Source of the DNA: Alphaproteobacteria bacterium
Lineage (GTDB): Bacteria > Pseudomonadota > Alphaproteobacteria > Bin95
Direction: 5' to 3'
DNA: 64,000 nt
Assembly: GCA_965205265.1 (NCBI GenBank)
Contig: CBDBGH010000003.1
Location: 2,752,001-2,816,000 of the forward strand
The notes under the pieces are model-generated. The model saw only the letters and a list, made by a program, of their open reading frames with translations. It made no database searches and was not told the origin of the DNA. This document shows positions 53,461 through 64,000 of this stretch, in pieces; positions within the stretch are counted from its first letter, which is position 1, and each line of letters opens with the position of its first letter. The translations under genes were made by a program, and so were the position numbers.

Positions 53461-53534
53461 TACGAGGGTCGGAACGCCGGGCCGAAGACGCCCCGCACCC
53501 CAATCGAAGTCATGAGAACTTCGAGACCGGAACA

Positions 53535-54326
<792 letters not shown>

Positions 54327-54365
54327 CGCCTCATATCCGGGCCGTCCGGTTGAAAATGGTCAAAG

Positions 54366-54388
54366 CGGCGGGGCCCTAAGGCCCCGCC
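54366..54388. terminator. Intercistronic hairpin after the substrate-binding protein gene
   Basis: GGCGGGGCC-CTAA-GGCCCCGCC-like stem followed by T-rich sequence on the - strand. Confidence 0.5.
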
Positions 54389-54411
54389 AAAGTCTGTCTT
54401 GGAGCCGAGCC

Positions 54412-55656
54412 CTACTGCCGGCTCGCATCCGCTTTCAGAAGCTCCACGACAGCGTCGCGGTAGCCCTGGAACCAGTCGGTCACCGGCACGAACTTGCCGC
54501 CCTGGACCTGGAAGACGCGGACCCAGCCGCCGCCCTCATGGTCGAAGCCGGTGATCTCCAGCGGCGGAACCAGGCCGCCAAGGGTGAAGCCCTTGATCTG
54601 CTCGAAGCCGTTCTTCACGTCCTCGCCGGTGATGTCGCCCGAACCCTTGGCCTTGATCGCGTTCTCGATGGCCTTGAGATGGATGGCGGCGACGAAGACG
54701 CCGCGGTTGTAATAGACCGTCGAAGCCATCGCGTCCGGCGCGTCCTTGCCGTCGGCCTCGTACATGGCGCGGATGTCGTCGAGCACCGGGTAGTCGCTGC
54801 CGACGCCCGCGAACTGGAGCGCCGAATAGCCCTCGACACGGTCGAAACCGCCCGCCGCCGCGATATCCGCCTCGCCGCCGGCCCACACGAAGCCGAGCAC
54901 CTTCTCCAGCGGATAGCCGGCGCGCTTGAACTCCTTCATCGACACCGACGGCGCCCGCCCGAACAGGTGCGAGAGCACGAAGTCGGCACGGTAGCGGCGG
55001 GTGATGTCGAGCACCTGCGCGGACATCTCGATGCCCGGAGGCGGCACGGCGAATTCCTTCAACTCGTAGCCGAGCTCGTCGCGCAGCTTGTGCAGCACCG
55101 GCAGCGGCTCGCGGCCGGCCGGGTTGTCGTAGTAGATGTAGGCGATCTTCTTGCCCTTGAGGTCTCCGCCGACCTGCGTGCGGACATATTCGAGACCCGC
55201 CGCCGCCTGGCTCCAGTAGGAGGCCGCGATCGGGAAGATGTAGGGGAAGTTCTCGCCATTGGCCGCGGCGGCGGTGCCGAAGCCCGGGGAGGTGCCGGGG
55301 ATCTTGTCTTCGGTCAGCTTCTGCGTCAGCGCCTGGGTGTGCGGCGTGCCGTAGAGGGAGATCAGGACCGCGCCTTCCTTCTTGTGCAGCGCATAGGCCT
55401 CGACGCCCGCCGGGACCTTGTATTCGTGGTCGATCTCCATGGCCCGTATCGTGTGGCCCTCGATCCCGCCCCTGGAGTTCACGAGGCTGACATAGTCGTG
55501 GTAGCCGGGGCACAGGAAGGTGCCCACGGTCTGTGTCGGCCCGGTGCGGTCGCACTGCAGGCCGATGACGATCTCGGCCGCATTGGCCGAAGTCGCCGCC
55601 CCCGCCGCGGCCAGTGCGAGGCCTGCGCCGAAGAGCAGTTTGTCGAGACGTCTCAT
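54412..55656 (-). CDS. HAAT-family ABC substrate-binding protein
   Basis: Signal peptide; DRTGPT; VNSRGGIEG; DHEYKV; DHEGGG. Confidence 0.9.
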   Translation of the reverse strand: MRRLDKLLFGAGLALAAAGAATSANAAEIVIGLQCDRTGPTQTVGTFLCPGYHDYVSLVNSRGGIEGHTIRAMEIDHEYKVPAGVEAYALHKKEGAVLISLYGTPHTQALTQKLTEDKIPGTSPGFGTAAAANGENFPYIFPIAASYWSQAAAGLEYVRTQVGGDLKGKKIAYIYYDNPAGREPLPVLHKLRDELGYELKEFAVPPPGIEMSAQVLDITRRYRADFVLSHLFGRAPSVSMKEFKRAGYPLEKVLGFVWAGGEADIAAAGGFDRVEGYSALQFAGVGSDYPVLDDIRAMYEADGKDAPDAMASTVYYNRGVFVAAIHLKAIENAIKAKGSGDITGEDVKNGFEQIKGFTLGGLVPPLEITGFDHEGGGWVRVFQVQGGKFVPVTDWFQGYRDAVVELLKADASRQ

Positions 55657-55684
55657 TCCACGTCCTCCCTTCGCGTTTCGAGGG

Positions 55685-56752
55685 CTAGTAGGAGAAAGGC
55701 CATACCCGGAAGTAGTTCCGGATATTGAGCCACAGGCGGTTGAGGCCCTCGGGCTCCACCACCAGGAAGAACATGATCAGCGCGCCGAACAGGATGAGGC
55801 GGAACTGCGCCGTCACCTGGGCGAGGATGACCGGGTCGAAGAAATATGCGCCGATATTGTCCATGAAGAGGCGGATCACGATCGGCAGCAGCTGGATGAA
55901 TACGGCGCCGTAGATCGAGCCCATCACCGATCCCAGGCCGCCGATAATGACCATCGCCAGATAGTCGATGGAAACGACGAGCAGGAACTGCTCGTAGTTG
56001 GCGATGCTGAAATAGTAGGTGTAGAGCACGCCCGCCACCCCGGCGTAGAAGGACGAGATGGCGAAGGCGTAGAGCTTGTAGCGGAAGACGTTGATGCCGA
56101 TGATCTCGGCTGCGATGTCATGGTCGCGGATGGCGATGAAGGCGCGCCCGACGCGCGAGCGCACGAGGTTCATCGTCGCGACGATGGCGATCGCCGCAAA
56201 CGCCATCAGGAAGTAGTAGAGCTCGATCTCGGTATCCAGCTTTTCGCCGAAGAAGGTCGGGCGCGGCACTTCGATGGACGCCTGCACGCCGCCCGAGATC
56301 GCCGGCGTGTGGTTGATGACCCACTCGATGATGAACTGGGCTGCAAGCGTCGCGATGGCGAGATAGAGGCCCTTGATGCGCAGCGACGGGATGCCGACCA
56401 GCGCGCCTACCGCCGCCGCCATGATGCCGCCCGACGGCACCGCCAGCCAGAACGGCCAGTCCAGCTTGGTAATCAGGTTCGCCGCCGTATAGGCGCCCAC
56501 CGACATGAACGCCGCATGGCCGATGGAGATCTGGCCCGTGTAGCCCAGCAGGATGTTCAGCCCGAGCGCGCCGACGATGGCGATGGCGATCAGGCAGAGG
56601 ATCGAGAGGTAATAGGGGTCGAGGAACAGCGGCACCACGACCAGGAAGAGGATGCCGATCAGCGCGACCGACCACCGCCCCACGGGCAGCGGATAGAAGG
56701 CCATGTCCCCCTTGTAGGTCGTCTTGTAATAGCCGCTCTCGCGATGGAACAT
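55685..56752 (-). CDS. livM: HAAT-family permease (LivM-like)
   Basis: GLNILLGYTGQISIGHAAF; LRIKGLYLAIATLA; MVIIGGLGS. Confidence 0.92.
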   Translation of the reverse strand: MFHRESGYYKTTYKGDMAFYPLPVGRWSVALIGILFLVVVPLFLDPYYLSILCLIAIAIVGALGLNILLGYTGQISIGHAAFMSVGAYTAANLITKLDWPFWLAVPSGGIMAAAVGALVGIPSLRIKGLYLAIATLAAQFIIEWVINHTPAISGGVQASIEVPRPTFFGEKLDTEIELYYFLMAFAAIAIVATMNLVRSRVGRAFIAIRDHDIAAEIIGINVFRYKLYAFAISSFYAGVAGVLYTYYFSIANYEQFLLVVSIDYLAMVIIGGLGSVMGSIYGAVFIQLLPIVIRLFMDNIGAYFFDPVILAQVTAQFRLILFGALIMFFLVVEPEGLNRLWLNIRNYFRVWPFSY

Positions 56753-56758
56753 GGGAGA

Positions 56759-57664
56759 TCAGATCCTCTCGATGATCGGCTTGCCGAAGAGCCCGTAGGG
56801 CTTGAACATCAGCATCAGGATCATGAGCACATAGGGCGTGAAGTCCTTGGTGCCGCCGCCCACCATCGGGTCGAGATAGCCGGCGGCGAGATTCTCCACG
56901 ACGCCGACGATGATGCCGCCGACGATGACGCCGACGATCGAGTCGAGCCCGCCCAGGATGACCACCGGGAACACCTTGAGGCCGATGATCGCAAGCTGCG
57001 TGTCCACGCCGAGCAGGCTGCCCCAGATGACGCCGCCGAGCGCCGCCACCACGCCGGCCATCACCCAGGCGAGCGCGAAATAGCGCTGCACGTTGATGCC
57101 CATGGCCATCGAGACCTGGTGGCTGTCGGCCACGGCGCGCATGGCGACGCCCTTGCGGCTCTTGAGGAAGAACCAGCCAAAGCCCAGCAGGAAGATCACC
57201 GCGGCGGCGGCGCCCAGAAGGTGGATGGGATTCAGGTAGATGAAGTGGTCGCCGATGATGATCGGCGCATCGTCGATGGGCAGGTTGAGCGGACGGGTTT
57301 CCGCCCCGAAGAAGAAGGGTCCCGCGCCGCGCAGGAGCGCCGCAAGCCCGATGGTCGCCATGATGATCGCCACGATCGGCCGCCCGATCATCGGGCGCAG
57401 CACGGTCCGCTCCAGCCCGACATTGAAGAGCACCATGAAGCCGACCGAGAGCGAAATCGCCAGCCACAGCGGCAGCCCGTAGGAAGCCGAGCATGCGCCG
57501 ACGATGATGCCTGCGATCATGACGAACTCGCCCTGGGCGAAGTTGATCGCGTCCGTGGCCTTGTAGATCAGCACGAAGCCGAGCGCGATCAGCGAATACA
57601 TCAGGCCGATCAGGACGCCGGAGACCAGCAGCTCCAGAAAAAAGCCCCAGTGGAAATCTGCCAT
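56759..57664 (-). CDS. livH: HAAT-family permease (LivH-like)
   Basis: YSLIALGFVLIY; INFAQGEF; VILGGLDS. Confidence 0.92.
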   Translation of the reverse strand: MADFHWGFFLELLVSGVLIGLMYSLIALGFVLIYKATDAINFAQGEFVMIAGIIVGACSASYGLPLWLAISLSVGFMVLFNVGLERTVLRPMIGRPIVAIIMATIGLAALLRGAGPFFFGAETRPLNLPIDDAPIIIGDHFIYLNPIHLLGAAAAVIFLLGFGWFFLKSRKGVAMRAVADSHQVSMAMGINVQRYFALAWVMAGVVAALGGVIWGSLLGVDTQLAIIGLKVFPVVILGGLDSIVGVIVGGIIVGVVENLAAGYLDPMVGGGTKDFTPYVLMILMLMFKPYGLFGKPIIERI

Positions 57665-57680
57665 GGGAGATGCGCTCCTC

Positions 57681-59567
57681 TCAGGCCGCGTCTTGGATCT
57701 GCATGCGGTTGTCGATGAATGCCTCCCGCCCGTCCTCGAAGGTGACGGCGGTGCGCAGCTCGACGGAAGTCCCGCCGGAATAGAACGCCTCGATCACGTC
57801 GGCGTATTTGTCGGCGATGAACGACCGGCGCAGCTTGCGCGTTCGCGTGATCTCCGCATCGTCCGCATCGAGGTCCTTGCCGAGCAGCAGGAAGCGCTTC
57901 ACACGGCTCGCTTCGGGAAGGCCGCGATTGATGCGCTCGATCTCGCTGCGGACGAGCTCGTAGGTCTCCGGCTTCTGGCTGAGGTCCATGTAGTTGGTGT
58001 AGGCGAGCGCCTGGCGCTCCGCCCAGTTGCCGACCGTGTTGAGGTCGATCGCCACCATCGCGCAGATGAAGGGGCGCTTGTCGCCGAACGACACCACCTC
58101 GCTGATATAGGGCGAGAATTTCAGCTTGTTCTCGATGAATTGCGGCGCATAGGCGGAGCCGTCCGAAAGCTGGCCGACATCCTTGGCCCGGTCGATCACG
58201 ACGATATGGCCGCGCTCGTCCATGAGCCCGGCGTCTCCGGTGCGGAACCAGCCCTCCTCGTCGAACGCTTCCTCCGTCGCCTCCTCGGCCTTGTAGTAGC
58301 CGTTGAACACGCCGGGGCTCTTGACGAGGATCTCGCCGGTGTCGGCGATGCGCACCGTCACCCCGTCGCAGACGGGCCCGACCGTGTCCGGATTGGCCTG
58401 CCCGTCCGGCTGCACCGAGATCACGCCGGTGACCTCCGTCGAGCCGTAAACCTGCTTCAGGTTGACGCCGAAGGACCGGAAGAAGCGGAAGGTGTCGGGC
58501 CCGAGCGGCGCGCCGCCGGTCAGCGCCCAGCGCGTGCGGCGGAAGCCCAGCTGGTCGCGCACCGGCCCGTAAACCAGGAATTCGCCGAGCCGGTAGCGCA
58601 TGTTGAGTCCTGGCGGGATCGGCTCCCCCTCCACCCGGCAGGTCTCCACCTGTTCGGCGACCTTGCGGAAATAGCCGAAGACCCGCCGCTTGAGCGCGGA
58701 GGAGTCGTTGGCGCGCACCAGGATGTCGGAGAGCATGGTCTCCCACATGCGCGGCGGCGCGATGATGCCCATGGGGCTGAGTTCGCGGAGGTCGCGGCGC
58801 AGGGTCTCCGGGCTCTCGGGACAGTTGATCGCCGAGCCGACCATCAGCGCAGCGCAGAGCCCGTAGAGCGAATCGCCGACCCAGGCCATCGGCAGATAGG
58901 CAAGGTAGTCGTCGCCCTCGCGCACGTCCTCGGCCTTGCAGTAGATCTCCGCCGTCCGGACGAGGTTCTCATGGCTCAGCATGACGCCCTTGGGGCGTCC
59001 GGTCGTGCCCGACGTGTAGCAGATGAGGCCGATATCCTCGGGCTTCACCTCCCTGCAGAGCGCCTCGAAATCGCCCTTCGCGCCCCGTCCTTCCTCCAGA
59101 AGGTCGGAAAACGAGGCCAGGATGTCCTCGTCGTAATCCGTCATGCCGCGCGGGTCGGAATAGACGAGCAGTTCGAGCGCCGGCAGCTCGTCGCGGATGG
59201 AGAGGATCTTGTCCGCCTGTTCCTGGTCCTCGGCGACGACGACCTTCGCCTCGGCATGGTTGAGCACGAAGGAGAGTTCGCGCGCGATCGAGTCCTGATA
59301 GACCGGCACGGCCGAGCCGCCGAGGCACATCGCCGCCAGCTGCGCCCAGTAGAGATGCGGGCGGTTGTCGCCGATCACGGCGAGCTTGTCGCCCTTGCCG
59401 AAACCGCGCGCGCTCAGGCCGAGCGCGCAGGCGCGCACATTGTCGGCATAGTCCCGCCAGTTCCATGTCTCCCAGATGCCGTAGAGCTTCTCGCGGATCG
59501 CCGGCCTGTCGGGCCGCGTCACGGTATTGGCGAGCAGCAGCGCGGGAACCGTCCTTGCCTCGGCCAT
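57681..59567 (-). CDS. Long-chain fatty acid-CoA ligase (AMP-binding)
   Basis: YTSGTTGRPKG; YGSTE; GWFRTGD; IDRAKD; TRKLRR. Confidence 0.92.
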   Translation of the reverse strand: MAEARTVPALLLANTVTRPDRPAIREKLYGIWETWNWRDYADNVRACALGLSARGFGKGDKLAVIGDNRPHLYWAQLAAMCLGGSAVPVYQDSIARELSFVLNHAEAKVVVAEDQEQADKILSIRDELPALELLVYSDPRGMTDYDEDILASFSDLLEEGRGAKGDFEALCREVKPEDIGLICYTSGTTGRPKGVMLSHENLVRTAEIYCKAEDVREGDDYLAYLPMAWVGDSLYGLCAALMVGSAINCPESPETLRRDLRELSPMGIIAPPRMWETMLSDILVRANDSSALKRRVFGYFRKVAEQVETCRVEGEPIPPGLNMRYRLGEFLVYGPVRDQLGFRRTRWALTGGAPLGPDTFRFFRSFGVNLKQVYGSTEVTGVISVQPDGQANPDTVGPVCDGVTVRIADTGEILVKSPGVFNGYYKAEEATEEAFDEEGWFRTGDAGLMDERGHIVVIDRAKDVGQLSDGSAYAPQFIENKLKFSPYISEVVSFGDKRPFICAMVAIDLNTVGNWAERQALAYTNYMDLSQKPETYELVRSEIERINRGLPEASRVKRFLLLGKDLDADDAEITRTRKLRRSFIADKYADVIEAFYSGGTSVELRTAVTFEDGREAFIDNRMQIQDAA

Positions 59568-59580
59568 CGCCTCGTCCTCC

Positions 59581-60378
59581 CTAATGCGCCGTGCCGAGAT
59601 AGGCCTGGATCACCTTGGGATCGGCGCGCACGTCGTCCGGCGTGCCCTCGGCGATCTTCTCGCCCATGTCCAGCACCGCCACGCGGTCGGAAATGTCCAT
59701 CACCACGCCCATGTCGTGCTCGATCAGCACGATGGTGGTGCCCCATTCGGCGGAGACGTCGAGGACATAGCGGACCATGTCCTCTTTCTCCTCCTGGTTC
59801 ATGCCCGCCATCGGCTCGTCAAGCAGCAGCAGGGTCGGGTCCGAGGCAAGCGCGCGGCCGAGCTCGACGCGCTTCTGCAGGCCGTAGGCGAGCGCGCCGG
59901 CCGGCGTCTTGCGCAGGTCGGAGAGCTTCAGGAAGTCGATGATCTCCTCGCAGCGCCGGCGATGGCGGATTTCCTCCCTCTGCGCCGGCCCCCAGTAGAG
60001 CAGGGAGGAGAACACGCCGGACTTGAGCCGCACATGGCGGCCGAGCATCAGGTTGTCGAGGACCGTCAGGCCGCGAAAGAGGGCGATGTTCTGGAAGGTC
60101 CGCGCAATGCCGAGCTCGGCGATCTCGTTCGGCTTCAGCCGGCCGATGTCCCTCTCCCGGAACAGGATCGCGCCCTCGTCCGGCTTGTAGAAACCGGACA
60201 CCATGTTGAGCAATGTGGTCTTGCCGGCGCCGTTGGGGCCGATAATGGCGAAGATCTCGCCCTTCCTGACGGCGGTGGAGACGCCTGCAACGGCGCGCAC
60301 GCCGCCGAAGTTCTTGCTCACCCCTTCGACCGACAGGGCCGGGCCGTCGTTCGGCCCTCCATTCATGCCGTCTGGCAT
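59581..60378 (-). CDS. livG: HAAT-family ABC ATPase (LivG-like)
   Basis: GPNGAGKTT; RTFQNI; LDEPMAGMN; IEHDM; AYLG. Confidence 0.92.
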   Translation of the reverse strand: MPDGMNGGPNDGPALSVEGVSKNFGGVRAVAGVSTAVRKGEIFAIIGPNGAGKTTLLNMVSGFYKPDEGAILFRERDIGRLKPNEIAELGIARTFQNIALFRGLTVLDNLMLGRHVRLKSGVFSSLLYWGPAQREEIRHRRRCEEIIDFLKLSDLRKTPAGALAYGLQKRVELGRALASDPTLLLLDEPMAGMNQEEKEDMVRYVLDVSAEWGTTIVLIEHDMGVVMDISDRVAVLDMGEKIAEGTPDDVRADPKVIQAYLGTAH

Positions 60379-60481
60379 CCTCCCCCCTTGCCGACTCGTA
60401 TCTGTCGCACTGACGCTAGACAGTTCCAGCGCAAACCGGAAGACAAAAATTCCCGGCCCGCTTCGGGAGAACGGCGGCCGT

Positions 60482-61222
60482 TCAGCCCAGACGGCGCCGG
60501 TAAAGGGCGAACAGGCGTTCCCAGTGCCGTTCCGCCGCCGGCAGGTCGTAGCACCAGCGTTCCGGGAAGGCGAAGCCGTGATGCACGCCCGGATAGATCT
60601 CCAGCTCGCCCGGATTGCCCGAAGCGTCGAACAGCCCCCTGAGCTCCGCCACCATGTCGGGCGGCGCCAGGTCGTCATGCTCTGCGCAGGCGATGTAGAG
60701 TTCGCCCTTCGCGCGGCCCAGAGACAGATGCGGGCTTTCCTCGGCGTCCGACACCAGCCAGGTGCCGTAGAAGGACGCAGCGGCCGCGACCCGGTCCGGA
60801 TAGCGGGCCGCCGCCGCAAGCGCATAGGGCCCGCTCATGCAATAGCCGTGCGCGCCCGCGGGGCCGGGCGCGGCGTCCGCCTGCCCGTCGAGCCAGGCCA
60901 GCATGTCGCCCACATCCTCCATCGCCGGCGGGATGGTCATGCCCGTGCGGACCGCCCGCATGGCGGTGTGGTCGGCGCTGCCGGCCGTCAGCACGTCCGG
61001 TCCGTATTTCGTGTCCCGCCCGGCGCGGTAATAGAGGTTCGGCAGCAGCACGAAATAACCGACCGAGGCCAGCCGCCGGGCCATTCGATACAGCTCCTCG
61101 CGGATGCCCGGCGCATCCATCAGGAACAGCACGGGAGGGAACGGCCCGCCCCGCTCCGGGCGGCAAATGAAGGTTTCCATCGCGCCCGCGCGCGTCTCGA
61201 TGTCTGCGATCGCCTCGATCAT
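60482..61222 (-). CDS. Dienelactone hydrolase family protein
   Basis: MDAPGIR; GYCMSG nucleophile elbow; YPGVHHGF. Confidence 0.9.
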   Translation of the reverse strand: MIEAIADIETRAGAMETFICRPERGGPFPPVLFLMDAPGIREELYRMARRLASVGYFVLLPNLYYRAGRDTKYGPDVLTAGSADHTAMRAVRTGMTIPPAMEDVGDMLAWLDGQADAAPGPAGAHGYCMSGPYALAAAARYPDRVAAAASFYGTWLVSDAEESPHLSLGRAKGELYIACAEHDDLAPPDMVAELRGLFDASGNPGELEIYPGVHHGFAFPERWCYDLPAAERHWERLFALYRRRLG

Positions 61223-61314
61223 GGCGGTCCCTCTCCGTCCGATCCCGGTGCACTATACAGCGGCGGGGAAATGGGCCACCATTTTCACCGGAACCGGACC
61301 GGAGGAGCAAACGC

Positions 61315-61872
61315 ATGCACGCCTCGGATATCGTCTTCGCCCTCAAGGAAGCCGCAGAAGGCCCGCATGCGCTCCAGAATGTCCGCCGCGTGCTGAACGG
61401 ATGGCGGGAACGCATCGACGAGATTGCGGCGGCGCTCGACTTCATTCCCGGCACCGACGGCAACGCTAACCAGGCCTTCTACCGCACGCCGGAGCTCAGC
61501 GTTCTCAAGGTGCTGTTTCCGTCCGGACGGCGGACGCCGCCGCACGACCACGGCTCCTGGGCGGCGATCCTGGTGCTTTCGGGCTCGGAAAAGAACACGA
61601 TCTACCGGCGCGGCGGCAGCGGCCTCGAATACGCCAATGAGGCCGTGCTGACGCCGGGCGCCATCCTGACCATGCCGGCCGACGCCGCGCATGTGGCCGA
61701 GTGCCTGGGCGAGGAACCGGCAATCGGCCTGCATGTCTATGGCGGCGACGTGCTGGGCGTCGAGCGCAGCATGTGGGACCCCGACACGCTCGAAGAGCAT
61801 CCGCTTACGTGGGACCATTACGAAGTTCTGGCGCAGAAGGCGTCCGGAGCCGAAAAGCCGCCGCTGAGCTGA
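61315..61872 (+). CDS. Cysteine dioxygenase-like cupin
   Basis: TPPHDHGSW; SGSEKNTIY; AHV; LHVYG. Confidence 0.82.
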   Translation: MHASDIVFALKEAAEGPHALQNVRRVLNGWRERIDEIAAALDFIPGTDGNANQAFYRTPELSVLKVLFPSGRRTPPHDHGSWAAILVLSGSEKNTIYRRGGSGLEYANEAVLTPGAILTMPADAAHVAECLGEEPAIGLHVYGGDVLGVERSMWDPDTLEEHPLTWDHYEVLAQKASGAEKPPLS

Positions 61873-61926
61873 CACGCGCTTCCTGCGTCTGTTCCGAATT
61901 TCCCTTTCCTGTGCAGAAGGAGAGCC

Positions 61927-62373
61927 ATGCCCATGGCTGAAACCGGCAAACCCGCCCCGGCGTTCCGGGTCGTCAACCAGGACGGCGCGCCCGTCGGCCT
62001 CGAGGACTTCGCCGGGCGGAATGTGCTGATCTGGTGGTATCCGAAGGCCGACACGCGCGGTTGAACCGTCGAAGGCAACGGGTTCCGTGACCGAATCCAG
62101 GACTTCGAGGCAAAGAACACCGCAATCGTCGGGTGCAGTTTCGACACGCCCGAGGACAACAGGGCCTTCCGGGACAAATTCTCCTTCCCGTTCGACCTGC
62201 TGAGCGACGCCGACCGGGCGATGTCGATGGCTTACGGCGCGGCGGCGGACACGGGAGCCGAGCGGCCGAAGCGCATCTCCGTGCTGATCGGCCCGGACGG
62301 CACGGTCGTGAAGCGCTACGACGCGGTAACGCCCGCCGACCACCCGGACGAGGTGCTCGCCGACCTCGGCTGA
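61927..62373 (+). CDS. bcp: BCP/PrxQ peroxiredoxin with in-frame UGA (probable selenocysteine)
   Basis: WYPKADTRG-TGA(62062-62064)-TVEGNGFRD...FPFDLLSD; TGA at the peroxidatic Cys of PxxxTxxC; frame open to 62373; hairpin downstream. Confidence 0.85.
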
Positions 62374-62388
62374 CCGGCCCCGCGCGCG

Positions 62389-63549
62389 TCAATCTAGGAT
62401 GAAATGCGGGACGAAACAGGCGTCGTCGGTGGTGACGGCGCCTTCGTCCTCGCGGATGCACATGCCGGCCGGCTCGCTTGCCACCAGCCAGACGCCGCAC
62501 ATCGGCCGCCGCCCGTCGAAGGACGGCAGCGGCGCCACCGCCTGGCGCACGAACCCCTCGGCGCCATAGGGTCCGTCGAGGCCTGCCGCGGCCCGCCCGT
62601 TCTCGACGATGGTGATGTTCGCGCCTTCCCGGGAGAGCAGCGGCTTGCGGACATAGCGCCCGCCGAGGGACGCCGCTTTCGGGTCGTGCTCGAAAAAGGC
62701 CGGCAGCAAGTTCGGGTGGCCCTCGAACATTTCCCACAGCAGCGCCAGCAGGCCCTTGTTCGACAGCACCGCCTTCCAGCCGGGCTCGATGAACTGCGCG
62801 CCCGAGCCGGGAATGCGGCTGCCGAACTCCTCCTCCATCAGCCATTCCCAGGGATAGAGCTTGAAAAGCCAGCGGACCGGTTCGTCGTCGAGATCGGTGA
62901 AGCGGCCATTGTCGGCGAGGCCGATATCCTCGACGAACAGGCGCCGGGTCGCGAGGCCGGCCTGCCGCGCGCAGTCCTCCAGATATTCGACGGTGCCGAG
63001 GTCCTCGTCCGTGTCGCGCGCGCAGGCGAGATGCAGCGGGCCTTCGATGCCGAAACGCCCGAAAGCGTCGGTCAGCCGTTCGTGCAGCGAGTTGAACTGG
63101 TCCGCCCCTTCCGGGATCAGGCCCTGTTCCATCGCCTGTTCCAGCCAGACCCACTGGAAGACGGCGCTTTCGTAGAGGGCGGTGGGCGTGTCGGCATTGT
63201 ATTCGTAAAGCTTCGCCGGGCCGTTCCCGTCATAGCGGAAGTCCATGCGCCCGTAGAGGTTCCGCTCCCGGTTCCGCCAGCTGTCGGCCACATAGCCCCG
63301 GAACATCTCCGGGATCGCGAGCCGCCTCAGCACCTCCTCGTCGGCCACGGCCCGCTCGACGACCTCGAAGCACATCTGCTCCAGTTCTTCCGCCGGGTCT
63401 TCCAGATCGTCCTCGATTTCCCGGAGCGTGAAGCGGTAGGCGTGCGTCTCGTCCCAGTAGCGCTCGCCATCGGGGGTGTGGAAGGTGAAGCCGTGCTCCT
63501 CCGCGACCTCGCGCCAGTTGTCGCGCGGCCGGACCCGCAGCCGCTCCAT
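62389..63549 (-). CDS. Glutathionylspermidine synthase-like ATP-grasp protein (YgiC-like)
   Basis: YWDE; LYGRMDF; EYNADTPT; FKLYPWEW; KPLLSREGAN. Confidence 0.92.
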   Translation of the reverse strand: MERLRVRPRDNWREVAEEHGFTFHTPDGERYWDETHAYRFTLREIEDDLEDPAEELEQMCFEVVERAVADEEVLRRLAIPEMFRGYVADSWRNRERNLYGRMDFRYDGNGPAKLYEYNADTPTALYESAVFQWVWLEQAMEQGLIPEGADQFNSLHERLTDAFGRFGIEGPLHLACARDTDEDLGTVEYLEDCARQAGLATRRLFVEDIGLADNGRFTDLDDEPVRWLFKLYPWEWLMEEEFGSRIPGSGAQFIEPGWKAVLSNKGLLALLWEMFEGHPNLLPAFFEHDPKAASLGGRYVRKPLLSREGANITIVENGRAAAGLDGPYGAEGFVRQAVAPLPSFDGRRPMCGVWLVASEPAGMCIREDEGAVTTDDACFVPHFILD

Positions 63550-64000
63550 CAGGCGCCGGCGCGGAACCCGGTGGCGCGCGCCCGCGCGCCGAAGCCGCCC
63601 CGCTGTTGCGTGTAGAGCTTCTGGGCGGGACGCCCGGCGGCGCGCTCGGCCACCTGCGTGCGCCCGATCGCCCCGCCGACGGAGCGGTTGTTCGCGGTGC
63701 GGAAGTTCTTGCTGTCGTCTCCCGAGCGGTAGAGCGGCTGCGTATGCGCCCGGCCGCCCATCATCTGGCCCATCATGAAGCCCGCCATGAGCGGCATGAA
63801 CACGCTGCCGCCGGCATTGGTCGTGTATGGCGAGACCTCGCAGCCCTCGGCGCCGAAATCGGCCTCGCAATCGGCGCGCGAGGCGTATTTGGGCGCGACC
63901 TCCGCATGCTGCGCCTTCGCCGCGTTGAACTCGCCGTAGCACTGCTCCGCCGTGATGCCCTGCTCGGCGACGCACTGCTCCACCGTCTCGAAGATCGCGG
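63549..64000 (-). CDS. DUF1190 (YgiB-like) protein, 5' partial
   Basis: C...C..APKYASRADCEADFG..C; FMPLMAGFMMG; RGGFG; stop overlaps the ygiC-like start. Confidence 0.85.
   Translation of the reverse strand, partial: AIFETVEQCVAEQGITAEQCYGEFNAAKAQHAEVAPKYASRADCEADFGAEGCEVSPYTTNAGGSVFMPLMAGFMMGQMMGGRAHTQPLYRSGDDSKNFRTANNRSVGGAIGRTQVAERAAGRPAQKLYTQQRGGFGARARATGFRAGA

Overview
GC-rich, probably alphaproteobacterial DNA (judged from the porin type and REP-like repeats). About 52 kb is an accessory surface-protein island riddled with IS elements (IS21 x2, IS1634, ISKra4, and IS66/IS630/IS5/IS1380 remnants). It is followed by housekeeping-type genes: an SDR, a Liv-type ABC transporter with an acyl-CoA ligase, a dienelactone hydrolase, a cupin, a UGA-containing BCP peroxiredoxin and ygiB/ygiC-like genes. 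The island encodes two Slam (T11SS) translocons, several TbpB-barrel lipoproteins (two with zinc-protease motifs), two autotransporters, a porin and a HipA/HipB-like pair. The strongest candidate for an undescribed system is 22.7-34.3 kb. There, seven paralogous secreted cyanovirin-N-like (CVNH) proteins flank an operon of Lnt-like N-acyltransferase, TolC, PAS-fused membrane-fusion protein, ABC ATPase and MacB-type permease, the same component set as the enterobacterial Aat glycine-acylation/secretion system. Five paralogues are predicted to start with Gly after signal cleavage and two with Gln-Gln; six share an upstream motif. Other notable signals: an IS1634 insertion with a 455-bp target duplication in a Slam substrate gene that also has a (GAGCGCC)19 tract upstream, and a conserved-core, variable-stem hairpin in two dissimilar IS21 elements. 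All family calls come from recognising motifs by eye; no database searches were run.
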